51,874 nucleotides of DNA from Patescibacteria group bacterium (GTDB lineage Bacteria; Patescibacteriota; Minisyncoccia; Moranbacterales; UBA1568). This document shows positions 20,486-29,923 of the stretch, piece after piece. Within the stretch, counting starts at the first letter, position 1, and each line of letters opens with the position of its first letter. Position numbers and translations under genes: made by a program. Location of the stretch: contig JBBTWT010000019.1 in NCBI GenBank assembly GCA_038078615.1, forward strand, positions 1 through 51,874. The letters are read 5' to 3'. The notes beneath the pieces are model-generated. The model made no database searches. It saw nothing but the letters and a program-made list of their open reading frames with translations, and had not been told where the DNA came from.

Positions 20486-22120
20486 ATGAAACATTTTCTC
20501 CCTCGCATCGTTGCATCGATCGAAAATGCGCCGCTCTCGCTCGCCTCGTTCGTATTGTCTTTTTTCGCGCTTATCATCGTTCGTTTACTTATCGAAAATG
20601 CGCTCGGATTTTTCGGCGAACGCTCATTTTTCTTTTTTTTCTTCGAATTCACGCACACGTTCCTCTTTTTCTTGTGCTCCTTCCTCTTGCTCCTCCCCAT
20701 CGTGCGCTTCGCCGGAAGCATCGACTTCCGGAAAGCCGTGAATATCCTCTTGTTCGGTTTTCTCATCATCCTTACGCCGCCCATCATCGATACCGTCGTG
20801 TTCCGTGGCAGTCAGTTCTGGAGTTTCTATGAATTCGACGGCTTCATCGGGCTCATCAAGAGATTCTTCACGCTGTTCGGCGATACGCCCGACATCGGCA
20901 TCACCTACGGCGTGCGAGCCGAGGTCGTCATCGTAACGCTCGCGCTCGGCCTCTATGCTTTCATCAGATCGCGCCGCATAGACAGGGCGCTGCTCGTTTC
21001 TCTCATCACCTATGCCATCCTGTTCATACTCGGCACGTTCCCCTCATGGCTCACGCTGATCATCCTCTCGTTCCAGAAAAGTTTCCTCGCGATAAGTGCC
21101 AGCGACGTGGCTGCGCTCTTTCTTACCCCGGAACATATTTTCGCCCGCAACCTCACGGATTTCAGGAGCGTCCTCAATGTGAAAATGAGCATCGTCTACG
21201 GAGCGTTTTCCGTTTTCTTGGCAGGCTTTCTCCTCTTCCGCGAGTATCCGAGATATTTTCTCGCTCTCTGGAAAAATTCCCGTCTGCCGCAACTCATCTA
21301 TCACGGCGGGCTGCTCTTTCTCGGCATGGCGATGGCCATGATCTTCACCGGGGCACCCCTGAGGCTCGACTTCTTTCATATCGTCGGTACTTTCGTGCTC
21401 TTGTCTGCCGTCGGATGCGCCTGGTACGCCTCGGTCATCGCCAATGACTGCTATGACATCCGCATCGACGCGCAAACAAACAAGACCCGCCCGCTGATCG
21501 AGAACACCATCCCTTCAGAACTCTACAAGACCTTCGGTATCCTGTTTTTCATTGCCTCACTCGTTCTTTCGGGCATCGTCAGTTTCTCGGCGCTGCTGCT
21601 CCTCGCCGGGTATCAGGCGATCGCGTGGCTCTATTCCGCACCGCCGCTCCGCCTCAAGCGTTTCCCGATCATCGCGACCGTACTGGCCGCTTTCGCCGGC
21701 GTTCTCGTCCTCGTCATCGGTTTTCTCGTCATTTCTCCGGAAAACGGACTTCGTATGCTGCCTCTGCCGATTCTTTCTTTCCTGTTCATCGCGTATGCTC
21801 TCTCGCTCACCATCAAGGATTTCAAGGATATGAAGGGCGATGCGCTCGACCATACCTATACCCTCCCCGTCCTCCTCGGCGCGGCAAAAGCGAAACTGTT
21901 TATCGGCAGTCTCGTATTTCTCCTTTTTGCCGGCAGTCCACTCATCCTGAATGCCCGTTCGCTGTTCGTACCCGCACTCTTTTTCGGCAGCCTCGCATTC
22001 TGGATTCTGCAGAAAGGTACGGGCGATGAGACTTCTTTGTTCGCGTATCGCAAACTCCCAGGAATCATCCTCGCCATCACCACCGGCTTTGGGCTGACGA
22101 TTGTTTTACTTTTATTTTAA
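20486..22120 (+). CDS. UbiA family prenyltransferase with an N-terminal membrane extension
   Basis: Asp-rich motifs NDCYDIRID...RPL and KDFKDMKGD; YSAPPLRLK; many TM segments. Confidence 0.85.
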   Translation: MKHFLPRIVASIENAPLSLASFVLSFFALIIVRLLIENALGFFGERSFFFFFFEFTHTFLFFLCSFLLLLPIVRFAGSIDFRKAVNILLFGFLIILTPPIIDTVVFRGSQFWSFYEFDGFIGLIKRFFTLFGDTPDIGITYGVRAEVVIVTLALGLYAFIRSRRIDRALLVSLITYAILFILGTFPSWLTLIILSFQKSFLAISASDVAALFLTPEHIFARNLTDFRSVLNVKMSIVYGAFSVFLAGFLLFREYPRYFLALWKNSRLPQLIYHGGLLFLGMAMAMIFTGAPLRLDFFHIVGTFVLLSAVGCAWYASVIANDCYDIRIDAQTNKTRPLIENTIPSELYKTFGILFFIASLVLSGIVSFSALLLLAGYQAIAWLYSAPPLRLKRFPIIATVLAAFAGVLVLVIGFLVISPENGLRMLPLPILSFLFIAYALSLTIKDFKDMKGDALDHTYTLPVLLGAAKAKLFIGSLVFLLFAGSPLILNARSLFVPALFFGSLAFWILQKGTGDETSLFAYRKLPGIILAITTGFGLTIVLLLF

Positions 22121-22132
22121 GCAAAAGTAGTC

Positions 22133-22915
22133 TTATGGTATTTTGTTTTCTTTATAGCCTTTCGATATCTTCCAGAAATAATCAAACTGACTCTGGAAAG
22201 TTTCGCTAAGCTCTTTGCTATCGATTATGAATCCATAATTTTCTCTCTTCGACGATATAAAGGCGACTTTGTTCCCGTATATCCCATAGCCCATCATAGA
22301 GTCGATTTCTCCCGGCAGAATTTTTATGTTCCGCAATGATTCTCGCTCCGGAGTCAGATACGGATGTTTTTTCAAATCAACCGCGCTCCTTTTGGGCCAC
22401 AAGACATCAAGATAAATCATGCGCTTAGCTCTTTCCGCTTGAAAGAACGCAAAGACTTCTTCTGGAACAGTCTTGATCATCTCGCCGACCGGCCAGAACC
22501 AGCATGTCTTTTGCGGCCTCGATCGCAGGATGTCATGAAAAATAGCCGCGGCTGCGCCCGGTCGATCATAAACTGTAAATTTTGGATTATAGCTTGGCGC
22601 GATGAATTCCGAAGATAATATTTTTTCGAATTCCTGCTTGGCTGCCTCGATATCTCTTTTCTTATCATTGAAAAGGTTCGCTATTGTCTCGATATCTTCC
22701 GCATAGAAAAGGGATCCCTTCTCGGTCATCCCTTTCTTCACCAAGCCTTTTTCAGCCAAAGACCCAAGATGACCATAGATAGTAGTTCTGGGTAGATTGA
22801 GCTTTCTGCCTAATCTTACAACGCTCATTCCTTCTGGCTCGGAAAGCAGGGTAATGAGGGTGTCCGCTTCCATTGCGGCTATTCCGAGTTGATGTAACAC
22901 GTTCTTTAGGCTCAT
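22133..22915 (-). CDS. TrmB family transcriptional regulator (second paralogue)
   Basis: LPRTTIY wHTH; IYGNKVAFISSKRENYGFIIDS, similar to the 19648 gene. Confidence 0.85.
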   Translation of the reverse strand: MSLKNVLHQLGIAAMEADTLITLLSEPEGMSVVRLGRKLNLPRTTIYGHLGSLAEKGLVKKGMTEKGSLFYAEDIETIANLFNDKKRDIEAAKQEFEKILSSEFIAPSYNPKFTVYDRPGAAAAIFHDILRSRPQKTCWFWPVGEMIKTVPEEVFAFFQAERAKRMIYLDVLWPKRSAVDLKKHPYLTPERESLRNIKILPGEIDSMMGYGIYGNKVAFISSKRENYGFIIDSKELSETFQSQFDYFWKISKGYKENKIP

Positions 22916-22935
22916 ATAAAGCAAATTATTTTATT

Positions 22936-22990
22936 TGATGTCCGATGTCGACGACACATTGACTATATCAATGAATAGGCGTATAGTCAA
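22936..22990. promoter_or_regulatory. Palindromic overlapping divergent promoters
   Basis: TTGACT-17-TATAGT present on both strands within 22959-22990; adjacent TGTCGTCGA motif on the minus strand. Confidence 0.65.
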
Positions 22991-23024
22991 GTGTTTCTTT
23001 AACAACTTGATAAGGAGAATAAAG

Positions 23025-24026
23025 ATGCTAACGCTACTTGAACTACGTAACCAGGCAGCACAATTGTTGCTTGAGGTGCAGAAACTACTCTCGATGAAAG
23101 TCAATGAGTTGGCAGCCCTGATTCCAAAACGAAAGCTGGAACGACAATACTTCGCGCCAATATACGCTAGTAACGTATGTGGCGCATCCTGCCCATACTG
23201 CGCCTTCCACAAGGGGAGTGGGGTGCGAAGAATAACTCTGACATTTGAACAGGCTCTGCAAGAAGCGCTCTTTCTGAAAGGAAAGGGGTGCGATTCAGCG
23301 TATTGCCTAACCGGAAGCTTCCCGGAAAAGGATATCGCCAAGGTCGGAAGCATGACCGAGGTAAATGCGCGCGTACTTCGAGCAATCCATCAAGTCGGAT
23401 TATTTCCGGTGCTTGAGTCGTCTCCCTTCTCAAGGGATAACCTCGCAGCACTTTTGGAGAGTGCTGGGGGTCGTGGTCGCTACGTGCTCTTCATGGAAGC
23501 CTACAATCAGGACGTCTATCGGGCGCTACACGACAACGATCCCTACAAAGGAAACCCGGAGAAGCGCCTCCAACAAGTCGAATTGGCCTTAGAGGCTGGC
23601 TGGCAGGAGGTGGGAATCGGCTTTCTTATTGGACTCAATCCGAACATCACGGAAGAGGTTACTAGTCTCGTTGCACACTATCGCTATCTGCGAGAAGAAC
23701 GCGGCGTACACACGGTGACCCTCTCCGTGCCGAGAGTGAATCCAGGCACTGGCGTCGAAGCCACACAGTGGACAATTCCGGATGAAATGTTTACCAAGGT
23801 CGTATTCGTGCTGCAGATCTTATGCCCGGATGCGTGGATCGTTCTCACTGGGAGAGAAAGCGCTGCGCTGCGAGACAGGCTCATTCCCCTCATCAACCAG
23901 TGCATCATCGGCGTGTGCGGGAGTACGGTGCCAGGCGGATATACGCTCGGCAATGACGCGCAAGATGGGCAATTTGCGCTCCTCGATAGACGCTCTATCA
24001 AGGAGCTTCGGTACAAATATAACTGA
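23025..24026 (+). CDS. ThiH/HydG-like radical SAM enzyme (BATS-domain subgroup)
   Basis: FAPIYASNVCGASCPYCAF, LTGRE...RD, GSTVPGGY, GQF..D.RS; AAGGAG RBS. Confidence 0.8.
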   Translation: MLTLLELRNQAAQLLLEVQKLLSMKVNELAALIPKRKLERQYFAPIYASNVCGASCPYCAFHKGSGVRRITLTFEQALQEALFLKGKGCDSAYCLTGSFPEKDIAKVGSMTEVNARVLRAIHQVGLFPVLESSPFSRDNLAALLESAGGRGRYVLFMEAYNQDVYRALHDNDPYKGNPEKRLQQVELALEAGWQEVGIGFLIGLNPNITEEVTSLVAHYRYLREERGVHTVTLSVPRVNPGTGVEATQWTIPDEMFTKVVFVLQILCPDAWIVLTGRESAALRDRLIPLINQCIIGVCGSTVPGGYTLGNDAQDGQFALLDRRSIKELRYKYN

Positions 24027-24039
24027 AAGGAGAACTGCC

Positions 24040-24924
24040 ATGAAGAATTTCACATTAGATCCAGGAAACGCGAATGTCGTATTCATCACGATCGATTCGT
24101 GCAGGTACGACACGGCGGAACAGGCGCACATACCATTTCTCGCGGGACTTGGAGGGCTGGCGTGTGCATATACGCCAGGCAACTACACTGTTCCCGCCCA
24201 CCACGCGTTTTTTGTCGGGCATCTTCCCACCGCTTTCACATCAGCACAACCGTATTACTCAGGTGCAAATGGGCAGCTGTGGCGAATCAAGACTGGAGCG
24301 GGAGAAGATTCCGGCGCATGGGTTACCTTGCAAGGGAAAAACATTCTCGAAGGATATCGAAACCTCGGTTTCTATGTCTTGGGTGTCGGGGGAGTGACCC
24401 AGTTCAACAAAGGCAGTCAATTACGGGAATATTTCGGGCAGGACTTCCTCTACTGGGGACCGAATCTCGATGAGGAGCCCTGTGCATCAAGACCTGAAGA
24501 GTGGTTCCCATTGCTGCATTGCGGGGAAATCGTTGACAAACTGCAACCTCACGAAAAGTGGTTCCTGTTTGTGAATTGTCCGGAAACACACTTCCCCTAC
24601 GATACGGGAGAGGGGCTGATGGAAGACAAGCTGGAAATCCTCAGGTTAATTCGGCCGCACTTCAATCTGCGAGAATCTGATGCACCTATAAACACCGCCG
24701 CGACTGGATTACTTCGCCGTATGCAGATCAAGGCGCTAGAGGCGGTGAATACAAGAATTGCCAACCTCTTCGCGGCGTTACCACGGGAACGGCCGATCCT
24801 GGTCGTTATTTGCGGAGATCACGGCGAGATGTTCGGGGAAGTGTTTGCAGGAAAGCCTCGCTTTGGACACATCATATCATCTCCGGAAGTCCTTAGGGTT
24901 CCTCTAATAATTGGGTGGCGTTAG
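24040..24924 (+). CDS. Alkaline phosphatase/sulfatase-superfamily hydrolase (STM4013-like)
   Basis: NVVFITIDSCRYD, PGNYTVPAHHAFFVGHLP, ETHFPY, GDHGE, VPLII; AAGGAG RBS. Confidence 0.8.
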   Translation: MKNFTLDPGNANVVFITIDSCRYDTAEQAHIPFLAGLGGLACAYTPGNYTVPAHHAFFVGHLPTAFTSAQPYYSGANGQLWRIKTGAGEDSGAWVTLQGKNILEGYRNLGFYVLGVGGVTQFNKGSQLREYFGQDFLYWGPNLDEEPCASRPEEWFPLLHCGEIVDKLQPHEKWFLFVNCPETHFPYDTGEGLMEDKLEILRLIRPHFNLRESDAPINTAATGLLRRMQIKALEAVNTRIANLFAALPRERPILVVICGDHGEMFGEVFAGKPRFGHIISSPEVLRVPLIIGWR

Positions 24925-24944
24925 TCGCCCACGTTAAAAAAATT

Positions 24945-24984
24945 GAAGCCTCAATCCTGAACGGGAACGGGGCTTTTTATTTTT
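24945..24984 (+). terminator. Probable intrinsic terminator
   Basis: AAGCC...GGCTT stem plus T-rich tail between convergent genes. Confidence 0.5.
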
Positions 24985-25004
24985 AGCCAAAACTTCAATA
25001 AAAT

Positions 25005-25802
25005 TCATTGCTGCCATACTTTCTGCAGGCGTTCCCAATCATCCACCGACAGTGCCTGGGCGCGGATATCCGTACGCAATCCGATCACGCCGAGCTTTTC
25101 TTCGACGATTTCTTTCGGCACGGAAAAGCTCGAGGAGAGATTGTTTACCAGGGTCTTCCTCCGCGCCGCGAATCCGGCTCGTGCCAGGCGGAACACCTTG
25201 CGGTCTTCTTCCGGATCATAGGCGCGTTTCGGCACGATGCGTATCACCGCGCTCTCCACTTTCGGCACCGGATCGAACGCCTCCTTCGGTACGGAAAATT
25301 TCTTTTCCACCGTCGCATAGTACTGCGCCATCATCGAGAGCAGGCTCATATCTCCCGGCTTGGCGGCCAGCCGATCCGCCACTTCGTTCTGCACCATAAG
25401 CGTGAGCGACTGCGGCTGATATGGCAGCGCGAGGAGCGTCCTGATGATCGGCGCCGTGATGTAATATGGGATATTGGCGATGATCTTGTAGGGATGCTCG
25501 GCGAATCCGGATGCCTCGAGCAATTCTTTCAGATCGATATCCAGGATATTCCCCTCGAGGATGGAAACGCTCTTCGAATCGATGAAGTGCTGCTGCAAAC
25601 GCAGGACGAGCAGGTGGTCGAGCTCGATCGCCAGCACTTTTTCCACGAGCTCAGAAAGCCGAAACGTGAGCACGCCGGTTCCGGGGCCGATTTCCAACAC
25701 CCAATCGGCCGGCCGCGCCCCGGCTACCTCGAAAATCCGATCGATAACATCAGTATCAATAAGAAAATTCTGCCCCAACGACTTTTTCACTTTCACTTGC
25801 AT
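25005..25802 (-). CDS. rsmA: 16S rRNA m6,2A dimethyltransferase
   Basis: KKSLGQNFL, LEIGPGTG, ANIPYYIT, PVPKVES, RRKTL. Confidence 0.96.
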   Translation of the reverse strand: MQVKVKKSLGQNFLIDTDVIDRIFEVAGARPADWVLEIGPGTGVLTFRLSELVEKVLAIELDHLLVLRLQQHFIDSKSVSILEGNILDIDLKELLEASGFAEHPYKIIANIPYYITAPIIRTLLALPYQPQSLTLMVQNEVADRLAAKPGDMSLLSMMAQYYATVEKKFSVPKEAFDPVPKVESAVIRIVPKRAYDPEEDRKVFRLARAGFAARRKTLVNNLSSSFSVPKEIVEEKLGVIGLRTDIRAQALSVDDWERLQKVWQQ

Positions 25803-25804
25803 AT

Positions 25805-26277
25805 CGATACGAATGACCCGAATTAAATTCGAATGCTACGAATGAAACTCGCTATTCAAAACACGTTTCGGTTTCAAATGCGACTGTCTGAAATTAACGA
25901 TCATGCCCAACTCGAGGTTCGCCCCACGCAGATATCTCTGCATCTGATAGTAATCTTCCTTTGTAATATAGTTCTTAGCCTTAAAATCAACAATGATCTT
26001 GTTATCGATAAGAAAGTCGACTCTGTTTCCGTCTGGAGACTCATGCTGAAGTCTGCATATTTCAAACTCTCTCTCATAATCGAATTTATTCTCAGTAAGC
26101 AGCTGTTCAAATCTGTCCGAATACTGTTTTTCTCTGCAAAATCGCCCCAATTCCTTGTGTATCCTAAAAAACAGTCCGGTCAGAACATATGACAACTCTC
26201 TGTATAAAATTTCTGACATATGCTTGTTTCGGTTTTTATTCGTATCATTCGGATGCTTATTCGTATCATTCGGGTCG
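25805..26277. repeat. ~47-bp imperfect inverted repeats (CGAAT-based) flanking the GxxExxY gene
   Basis: 25805-25852 (+) cgatacgaatgacccgaattaaattcgaatgctacgaatgaaactcg vs 26230-26277 (-) cgacccgaatgatacgaataagcatccgaatgatacgaataaaaaccg. Confidence 0.75.
25836..26219 (-). CDS. GxxExxY family (PD-(D/E)XK-like) protein
   Basis: HKELGRFCREKQY, RVDFLIDNKIIVDFK, QMQRYL, GMIVNF. Confidence 0.88.
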   Translation of the reverse strand: MSEILYRELSYVLTGLFFRIHKELGRFCREKQYSDRFEQLLTENKFDYEREFEICRLQHESPDGNRVDFLIDNKIIVDFKAKNYITKEDYYQMQRYLRGANLELGMIVNFRQSHLKPKRVLNSEFHS

Positions 26278-27261
26278 CTAGTTCACTATCTCTTCCATCT
26301 TCACGTTGATGACGCCTTGGCCGATACTGGCGATTTTCGCGAAGGCGACCTTGTCGAGATCGATGATGCGCCCCGGCACGAACGGGCCGCGGTCGTTGAT
26401 GACCACGATGACGCTCTTGCCGTTGTCGACATTGGTGACTTTCACGTAGCTCCCCTTCGGCAGCCACGGATTGGCCGCTGCCATCGTCCCCGTCCAAGCA
26501 TACCATGACGCCGCGCCGGTATGCTTCTTCCCGAGCTTCACGTAAGTGCCCTGCGTCGTGATTTCCGTCACCGGCTCCCTGATGGTTTCCGTCTTGAGCA
26601 GTTTGCGATTCACTTCCTTGCCATCGTGCGAACTGACGCGATACGTCAGGCGCTCGATGCCCTTCTCGCCTTTCTGCATCACGATCGTCTTGCGCCACGA
26701 GAGTGCATCATCCTCGTTCGTTTTCTTGTCGAACGCGATCGGCTTGTCGACGGTCTGTTCCTCGATCCGCACCCGGATAATCGTCACCTGGATACCGCTG
26801 TGTGCGAACGTGTCCCGATCCGGCTTCACGATGTCATCCTCATCGAGCACGATAGCGCTCTCATCGAGCGCCTGTCCCACGGAGAGCGCCTGCGTACGGA
26901 GTACTCGCTCACCGCCGTCGACACGCACGATCACCGCATGCGCCCGTCCGATGATGATCCTCATACCGGAAAACAGCGCGGTTTCCTCGCTCGGGAAAAC
27001 GCTGTCGCCGTCCGTCAGGGATAATTTTTCCGCGGAGAGGAATGCTCCCACGGTTTCTGCGGAAATATCCGCAAAAGAAAAATCGAGACCGCCGTCGGTG
27101 AGCGCGATTGATTTCTTATCGCTTTTGTCCCACGGCTCCGTCTCCGTCTTTCCGAAAACGATATATGCCCCCGCACCGAGCAACAGAAATATGACAAAAA
27201 AAGAAAAGAACTTGGCTCCTCTTTTTTTCTGCATTTTTTTCATGTCTAGCTCGTAATCCAT
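26278..27261 (-). CDS. DUF348/G5 domain protein with C-terminal RlpA-like DPBB domain
   Basis: N-terminal TM; G5 motif QKGEKG...GT; GAASWY, INDRGPF..GRIIDL. Confidence 0.85.
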   Translation of the reverse strand: MDYELDMKKMQKKRGAKFFSFFVIFLLLGAGAYIVFGKTETEPWDKSDKKSIALTDGGLDFSFADISAETVGAFLSAEKLSLTDGDSVFPSEETALFSGMRIIIGRAHAVIVRVDGGERVLRTQALSVGQALDESAIVLDEDDIVKPDRDTFAHSGIQVTIIRVRIEEQTVDKPIAFDKKTNEDDALSWRKTIVMQKGEKGIERLTYRVSSHDGKEVNRKLLKTETIREPVTEITTQGTYVKLGKKHTGAASWYAWTGTMAAANPWLPKGSYVKVTNVDNGKSVIVVINDRGPFVPGRIIDLDKVAFAKIASIGQGVINVKMEEIVN

Positions 27262-27299
27262 AATTTTTCGTTCACTGCCAGTCGCCAAATAAAATCAGG

Positions 27300-27440
27300 C
27301 TTTTTTCACAAGAATCTTTCTGGGAGAGTTGAAGTTTTTTTGAGCATGGTGCCGTCGTTTCGACGGATCAAAAAAAGTTCATAAGAGAAGTTCGTCGCTG
27401 GACGAACGAATGACTCCCAGGGAGATTGCTTGTGATAAAA
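27300..27440. repeat. Structured intergenic element (long closing stem with two inner hairpins)
   Basis: TCACAAG.AATCT..CTGGGAG pairs with CTCCCAG..AGATT.CTTGTGA; inner CCGTCG/CGACGG and GTTCGTC/GACGAAC hairpins; 33-bp core recurs at 30344-30376. Confidence 0.65.
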
Positions 27441-27462
27441 ATGCTTAAAATTCAGATACAAC

Positions 27463-28986
27463 TTACTCCTTGAATCGATACTGCAGAGCCTCGGCGAGGT
27501 GCGGCACCTCGATGACCGGCGCCTGTGCCAGATCGGCGATCGTGCGCGCCACCTTGAGAATGCGCATATAGGCGCGGGCGGAGAGCTTCATCTGCGCCAC
27601 CGCGGCACGCAATATCTCGCGCGTCTCGGGGTTGAGCGCACAGAATTCCTTGACCATATGGCTCGTCATCTCCGCATTCGTCCGACATTCCAGATCCGTG
27701 AAGCGTTTTTTCTGCACCTCCCGTGCGCTCTCCACGCGCTTCCTGATGACGCCGCTTTTTTCCGCGCCGGTATCCCTGCCTTCCAGCTTATCAAATTTCA
27801 CACGTGGTACATCGATATGCAGATCGATACGGTCGAGAATCGGCCCGGAAATCTTCTGCCGGTACCGCACAACCTGGAACGGCGCACAAGAACAGACACG
27901 TTCGGGATCCCCCGCGTGTCCGCACGGGCACGGGTTCATCGCCGCGACCAGCATAAAACGCGCGGGAAAAAGTAGCGATCCTTTCGCTCGCGACACGGTG
28001 ATCTCCCCGTCCTCAAGCGGTTGGCGCAAATTCTCCAAAACTGCCCGGGAAAACTCCGCAAACTCATCGAGAAACAGGACGCCCCGATGTGCCAGGCTGA
28101 TTTCTCCAGGCTTGGGAAATGTCCCGCCACCCACGAGCGATATCGCGCTCGCCGTATGATGCGGAGAACGGAACGGGCGCATCGTGATGAGCGACTTGTC
28201 TTTCGACAGGCGTCCGGCGATCGAGAATATCTTGGTGATCTCCAGGCTCTCCTCCAGATCCAGGCGCGGCAGGATCGTTGGCAGCGTTTTGGCGAGGAGT
28301 GTCTTGCCGCTCCCCGGCGGACCGATGAAGAGCGTGTTGTGCCCTCCCGCAGCCGCGATCTCGAGCGCCCGCTTGGCATGCTCCTGCCCCAATACGAACG
28401 ACATATCGAGCGTGTCGCTCTCCTCTCCGGCAAATACGACCTCGTCTCTCGTGAAAGGAACAATCCTCATTTCGCCGCGCAGGTGTTTCGCGGCATCGAA
28501 CAGATTCTTCACCGGGATCACGTCGATGCCCGTGGCGAGCGCCGCCTCATAGGCATTGTCTGCCGGAACGTATATCTCCGCGAACCCTTTCTCTTTCGCG
28601 TAGAGCGCGATCGGCAGCACTCCCTGCACGCGCCGCACGCTGCCGTCGAGGGCGAGCTCGCCGATGAACAGCTTCTTCCGATAATCGAAAGCAAGCTGCT
28701 CTGTCGCCAAGAGGAATCCGAGCGCCATCGGCAGATCATATATCGGGGTATTCTTGGGCAGATCGGCCGGCGCCAGATTGACCGTCACGCGCCCGCACTG
28801 ATGCGGCGGCTTGAAACCGCTATTCTTGAGCGCGGCGCTCACGCGATCACGCGATTCCTTGATAGCGGTATCCGGCAATCCGACCAGCGTGAAATGGTGC
28901 AACCCCGCGGGGAGCACGTCCACCTCCACTTCTACCGACACGCTCTCGAGCCCGAGAGTCGCCGCGGAATGCACTTTCGATGACAT
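27463..28986 (-). CDS. comM: YifB/ComM Mg-chelatase-like AAA+ ATPase
   Basis: VGLPDTAIKESRDRV, GPPGSGKT, PFRSPHH, GEISLAHRGVLFLDE, AMNPCPCG. Confidence 0.93.
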   Translation of the reverse strand: MSSKVHSAATLGLESVSVEVEVDVLPAGLHHFTLVGLPDTAIKESRDRVSAALKNSGFKPPHQCGRVTVNLAPADLPKNTPIYDLPMALGFLLATEQLAFDYRKKLFIGELALDGSVRRVQGVLPIALYAKEKGFAEIYVPADNAYEAALATGIDVIPVKNLFDAAKHLRGEMRIVPFTRDEVVFAGEESDTLDMSFVLGQEHAKRALEIAAAGGHNTLFIGPPGSGKTLLAKTLPTILPRLDLEESLEITKIFSIAGRLSKDKSLITMRPFRSPHHTASAISLVGGGTFPKPGEISLAHRGVLFLDEFAEFSRAVLENLRQPLEDGEITVSRAKGSLLFPARFMLVAAMNPCPCGHAGDPERVCSCAPFQVVRYRQKISGPILDRIDLHIDVPRVKFDKLEGRDTGAEKSGVIRKRVESAREVQKKRFTDLECRTNAEMTSHMVKEFCALNPETREILRAAVAQMKLSARAYMRILKVARTIADLAQAPVIEVPHLAEALQYRFKE

Positions 28987-29054
28987 ATTTGAAGATGAAT
29001 TAGGAATTTAGAATCAAGAATCGTGAATCAAGAATGAAAAATTTTTTAGAAATC

Positions 29055-29486
29055 TTAACTCCTGATTCCTGATTCCTGATTCTTTGTAATGCCTTTGCTC
29101 CATCGGATGACAATAGATATCGTCCCGATGGTCAGCAATGCGTCTGCCAAATTGAAAGCCGGAAAAGGCGGCAGGGCTACATAATCCATAATACAGCCGA
29201 ACAGCAGCCGTTCCAAGAGATTGCCCAGGCCGCCGGACACCACGAGGAGCCACGGCCACTGCGCGGAGAAAGACTGTTCCTCACGATAGCAGGCGGTCAA
29301 TACCGCCAAAACAGCGAGACTGAGGCCTATGAGCAGCCACATCGGCAGCAAAATCCCGAACGGACCGCCTGGATTGCAGACGTTTCCCGCGATATCCGCC
29401 CCCGCTGCCCAGAAACGGAGCCAGAAATGCAGCCAAAGAAAAAAGGCTACAAAAAGTACCGCTCCGAATACTTTCTGCAGCCCCAT
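29055..29486 (-). CDS. lspA: Signal peptidase II
   Basis: NPGGPFG, GGLGNLLER, DY...AFNLAD. Confidence 0.8.
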   Translation of the reverse strand: MGLQKVFGAVLFVAFFLWLHFWLRFWAAGADIAGNVCNPGGPFGILLPMWLLIGLSLAVLAVLTACYREEQSFSAQWPWLLVVSGGLGNLLERLLFGCIMDYVALPPFPAFNLADALLTIGTISIVIRWSKGITKNQESGIRS

Positions 29487-29506
29487 AACGCGGTGTCCTT
29501 TCTCTT

Positions 29507-29851
29507 TTAGATGGCGGTGCGGGCGGCAGGGTAGACCTTCAGGCGATCGACGCTGATTTCCTTGCCCGTCTTCTCGCAGATGCCGTATGTCCCTTTGCTC
29601 ATTTTCTCCAAAGCGTCAGTGGCGTCTTTCAGCTGCCCCTCAAGATTCGATTCCAGCGCGAGATTGTCCACGTACCCTTCGACTTCGGTCGCGTTCTCAT
29701 CGGGATCGGTACCGATATTCTCGATCTGGGTCTCATAGCTGCCCGCTATCCCGGTCGATTTCGCGAAACGGGAAAGCTCACTCTCCAGACGCGATTTTTC
29801 TTCGAGAAGTTTCTCCTTGAGTTCCGCGATCAGCGTAGCATCAAACGGCAT
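29507..29851 (-). CDS. TraR/DksA family protein
   Basis: Coiled coil, DENATE, ALEKM..GTYGICE..G.EI...RL..YP. Confidence 0.8.
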   Translation of the reverse strand: MPFDATLIAELKEKLLEEKSRLESELSRFAKSTGIAGSYETQIENIGTDPDENATEVEGYVDNLALESNLEGQLKDATDALEKMSKGTYGICEKTGKEISVDRLKVYPAARTAI

Positions 29852-29923
29852 AATATGGCTCCTTCAAAAAATTAGTCCTGGTCTCTTCGTGTACACAAGT
29901 ATACCAAAGGGCTGCCTATCTGT

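Noticed and set aside
25805-26277. CGAAT repeats as a CRISPR array
   Set aside because: Repeats are short, inverted and lack unique spacers; no CRISPR array was seen anywhere in the window.
27362-27394. AAGTTCATAAG motif as a dif site
   Set aside because: The XerD arm (TTATGTTAAAT-like) is missing after a 6-bp spacer.
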